64,000 bases of DNA from Mobula hypostoma (lineage: Eukaryota). This document shows positions 63,220-64,000 of this stretch, piece by piece. The stretch spans positions 102,984,001-103,048,000 of the forward strand of contig NC_086107.1 in the NCBI RefSeq assembly GCF_963921235.1, given 5' to 3'. Made by a program: the position numbers and the translations under genes. The notes beneath the pieces were generated by a model that was given only the letters and a program-made list of their open reading frames with translations, was not told the DNA's origin and searched no databases. Within the stretch, counting starts at the first letter, position 1. Each line of letters opens with the position of its first letter.

Positions 63220-63721
63220 TGATCTGTTAAATAACGTCGTTTGAACTGAGACCTGTTGGTGCTGAAATATTTAAGCCCTCTTTGCATTTTCTTTAAAAGC
63301 ATGCAAGGGTGCTTCGGTTGTTCCGGGCACTGTGTACTATGGTTGAAACATACTCTGCTTAAGAACACTGAGTTGTGAATATGTTGTTAAAACCTGCTTT
63401 TATATCAAACCAAAACATTTCTAAGAACTTCACCGGAGGAGTTGTATTGAAACACAAGCAAATGGCAAATGGTTATTCTTTCCAGGCTTTTGGAGAACAT
63501 CAGTTTTCTGCTTTACTTGTTATATTACAGGTGATGATAATTTAGCCCATTGGGTCCATATTAGCTCCTGATTCCATCAATCATGTTCACCCTCTTTATT
63601 ACTCTATAATCCTGCGACATTCTCCCCTCCTCCCCCTCGTCTTCTTTTTTTTAAAATCTTTATGTCAGTGGGTAAGGAGATAGGCTAGGTTCTATCTCAA
63701 GTGTAATTGGATCAACTTTTC

Positions 63722-63925
63722 TTAGAACATAGAACATAGCACGAGAAACCAAGAACCCTTCAGCCCACAAAGTCACAATAAAGTAACCAAAACTAATGCT
63801 TCCTACCTACACAATGTCCTTATCCCTCCGTCGTCCTCATTTTTGTGTTCCTATCTAAACGTCTCTTAACAGCCTTTAAGGTATTTGCCTCTACAACCAT
63901 ACCAGGCATCCACTACTCTCTGAGT
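63722..63925 (-). mobile_element. CR1 3' end fragment
   Basis: TAGAACATAGAACATAG tail and CR1 3' UTR remnants (CCTCTACAACC...CCACTACTCTCTGAGT). Confidence 0.55.
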
Positions 63926-64000
63926 AGAAGATCAGGGACATTTCTTTAGTTTTGTTATTTTGATGATGTTGGTGCAAGGTGGGGGGAATGGATTAAAAGT

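Noticed and set aside
63521..63545. TTACAG|GTGATG as the acceptor of ACO2 exon 6
   Set aside because: It reads V-M-I-I-stop rather than the expected VIGVKLTG, so exon 6 lies beyond the window.

Overview
Repeat-rich vertebrate genomic DNA, not prokaryotic. CR1, Penelope and V-SINE repeats suggest a cartilaginous fish, which is an inference. Two spliced genes sit head-to-head across a 435-bp spacer. PHF5A is complete on the minus strand: 4 coding exons, 110 aa, about 41 kb. ACO2 (mitochondrial aconitase) exons 1-5 are on the plus strand, and the gene continues past the window. The ACO2 start codon lies inside a canonical iron-responsive element. The introns contain CR1, Rex1/Babar-like and RTE LINEs, tRNA-derived SINEs, Tc1 and hAT elements and Penelope-like elements. 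A decayed Gypsy element lies downstream of PHF5A. The most striking unexplained structures are: (i) ~100-200 bp Penelope-derived mini-insertions carrying minimal hammerhead ribozyme motifs with clean 10-11 bp target-site duplications (TSDs), plus a 1.3-kb fold-back Penelope copy with a 14-bp TSD; (ii) an 85-bp inverted copy of the ACO2 exon-2 acceptor placed in intron 2; (iii) a tiny uORF ending in the IRE loop; and (iv) a candidate poison exon in PHF5A. Repeat boundaries without TSD or TIR support are approximate, and repeat family names were assigned from recalled motifs, not database searches.
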